Shown here in pieces: positions 62,163-64,000 of a DNA stretch of 64,000 nucleotides. The notes under the pieces were generated by a model, which was not told the origin of the DNA, made no database searches, and was given only the letters and a program-made list of their open reading frames with translations. The DNA comes from an uncultured Chloroflexia bacterium (lineage in GTDB: Bacteria > Chloroflexota > Anaerolineae > CG2-30-64-16): the NCBI GenBank assembly GCA_963774265.1, contig CAVZDU010000001.1, forward strand, positions 608,001-672,000, in the 5' to 3' direction. The position numbers were made by a program, and so were the translations under genes. Each line of letters opens with the position of its first letter. Within the stretch, counting starts at the first letter, position 1.

Positions 62163-63179
62163 TCACGACTGCTGATCTGTTTGCCCTTCTGATGCCTCAG
62201 CGGATGGAGGTGGGGGGGACGGCGGAGGAGGCTCGGGTGACTCCGTCGCAGCATCCACTGCAGCACTGATTGCGCGTGCGATCATCTTCACAAAACGGCT
62301 CAGGCTGCGGCCGCCGAATTTGTCGGCCAGATCCGCAGCAACCTCCCGATCCGGGGGCATCTCGCCGTAGCGCTCCTTGAGTCGTTCCCGGTGGTACGCA
62401 ACCCAGAGATATAGGTCCGCTTCCGTTCGTTGAGGAAATCCCTTCAGGCCCCCGCTCTCTTCGATGCCTTGAATGACGGGTAAGTACACAGTGTCGTACC
62501 AACTTGCCGCGGCCTCTGCCAGCGTCGGTTCGCGACCCCATTGCAACCCTAAATAGTAACGGTGGACCTCGATGTGCTCTAGCAGGATGCTGTACCGCCC
62601 CGGCTCCGTGAGCTCGATTTTCTGCTCTGGTCGGGTATCGTCGAGTTGCGTCTGTCTCAAAAACTGCGCATATTCGACCTTGATGATCAGGTTGTCGACA
62701 TCTGTCTCCGGTGTCAGCGGGACTACGATCGGTATTTCCGTCACGCGTGCCTCAATCAAATCCAGTCCATTGGCGTGCGCGACAGACACCCGGTGGTTGC
62801 CATCCCGGACGAAATAGACCTCGCCGATCTGGTACACATCGATCGGCGGCAGGTTGCGTAGTTCGTTCATCGCGACATCAAGACGCTTCCAACGCTCGGC
62901 GTTCGCGCCTTCGAGAGGGAGGAACGCCCGATCGAAATCGTGATAACGGCCAACGCTGCCGATAATGCGCGAAATCTCGATTATCTGGGTGCCCCGATCG
63001 ATCTCGGACCGTCCGCGCATGAGTTCGTGCACCTGATCGAATGACAACAGCGTCTCGTCAGGCTTCTGACTGAACAAACGCAACAAATGCCTGATCAGCG
63101 ACCTTGATTCCGCACGCTGGTATCTTTCAGCCGCGAGCGCCGCTGAGTAAGGCAGTGTACGCGAAAGCTCATCATCCAT
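62163..63179 (-). CDS. ParB-like / DUF4032-type hypothetical protein
   Basis: IIGSVGRYHDFD, LPPIDVY..YFVRDGNHRVSVA, TEADLYLWV. Confidence 0.7.
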   Translation of the reverse strand: MDDELSRTLPYSAALAAERYQRAESRSLIRHLLRLFSQKPDETLLSFDQVHELMRGRSEIDRGTQIIEISRIIGSVGRYHDFDRAFLPLEGANAERWKRLDVAMNELRNLPPIDVYQIGEVYFVRDGNHRVSVAHANGLDLIEARVTEIPIVVPLTPETDVDNLIIKVEYAQFLRQTQLDDTRPEQKIELTEPGRYSILLEHIEVHRYYLGLQWGREPTLAEAAASWYDTVYLPVIQGIEESGGLKGFPQRTEADLYLWVAYHRERLKERYGEMPPDREVAADLADKFGGRSLSRFVKMIARAISAAVDAATESPEPPPPSPPPPSAEASEGQTDQQS

Positions 63180-63215
63180 AATACATGACTCTCTTCCCAA
63201 GTGGGACGGTCTTTT

Positions 63216-63950
63216 CTACAGCCCCAGGTGATGAAGGAAGTAGGGCATCTGTCGCCGCCACCAGGGCCAGTCGTGACTGACATCGTGACCCCACACGTCG
63301 ATCCACAATGGCACACCCTTGGCGTCCAGAATACTCTTCAGCGCACTGGCGTCGGCCAGCATATCTTCATCCCACGGGCCCTGTCCGGCGCAGATGATGA
63401 TATGGCTGCTTCGGTAAAGCTCAAGGAACCACGGGTCGGATAGGTCCCGAAGATAAGAGAGCGGAGTGTTGAAGTAGATGTTTTCGTCCGCCGCATCGCC
63501 GACGAACATGCGCAGTTGCAGGAGCCCACTGAGGCAGATCAGCGTGTCGAAGACGTCGGGATGGCGAAAGAAGAAGTTCGCACAGTGGTAACCGCCCATA
63601 CTGCAGCCGGTGGTGCCGAATCTCCCGTCCCAGCCGCGATTGCGGATGAAGGGTGCTACCTCCTCGACGATGTACCGGTCATAATCGTTATGGCGGCGGG
63701 CACGCTCGCCGGGAGGTGCGTTCCAGTTACACCAGGATTCATTGTCGATGCTGTCGACGGTCACAAGCGTCACGCGGCCGGCATCGATGGATGGCCGGCA
63801 GGCCTCGACCATTCCGAAGTCCTCGTACTCAAAGAACCTGCCACCTTGGGTCGGAAAGACGACGATCGGCTTGCCCCCGTGCCCATAGACTTTCAATTCC
63901 ATGTCGTGACCGAGGCTCGGGCTCCACCACTTGTGGTATTCGATGTTCAT
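63216..63950 (-). CDS. esterase family alpha/beta hydrolase
   Basis: YGHGG.P..VFP, GCSMGG nucleophile elbow, HDWPWW. Confidence 0.88.
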   Translation of the reverse strand: MNIEYHKWWSPSLGHDMELKVYGHGGKPIVVFPTQGGRFFEYEDFGMVEACRPSIDAGRVTLVTVDSIDNESWCNWNAPPGERARRHNDYDRYIVEEVAPFIRNRGWDGRFGTTGCSMGGYHCANFFFRHPDVFDTLICLSGLLQLRMFVGDAADENIYFNTPLSYLRDLSDPWFLELYRSSHIIICAGQGPWDEDMLADASALKSILDAKGVPLWIDVWGHDVSHDWPWWRRQMPYFLHHLGL

Positions 63951-64000
63951 GCCGTCTCCAGAATGAAGTGAGCCGCCGCGAGCATTTCGTCGCAGTCGGG

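Overview
64-kb GC-rich bacterial chromosomal window. Gene content (ArnT/PMT-like membrane glycosyltransferase, Pro/Ala/Thr-linker lipoproteins) suggests Chloroflexota/Anaerolineae, by inference only. Many genes, including essential gyrB, carry single-base frameshifts, most simply explained as uncorrected long-read errors. Housekeeping genes (yciH, rsfS, ndk, phrB, queG, ubiE/menG, ubiX, murA, gyrB, msrPQ, pyk) are interleaved with three accessory blocks. (i) A ~3.2-kb visibly lower-GC restriction-modification cassette: NotI-family endonuclease plus a Cys-rich amino-methyltransferase. (ii) A ~17-kb catabolic operon: two XRE-cupin regulators, a Dpp/Opp ABC importer, two hydantoinase/oxoprolinase A+B pairs, a hydantoin racemase, and EthD-like and GpsA-like genes, converging on a GNAT + N-succinylamino-acid racemase unit. 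(iii) A ~10.5-kb arsenic/metal island (arsR x2, acr3, arsC, two-domain arsM, CDF) that embeds an unusual GcvH-like lipoyl carrier / DGC / DGC / OsmC-like module. Non-coding signals include a REP-like palindrome with one copy lying in frame inside the photolyase gene, several other palindrome families, a shared ArsR-type operator (ATCGTA-N4-TACGAT) and several apparently leaderless promoters. No rRNA, tRNA, CRISPR array, integrase or transposase was recognised.
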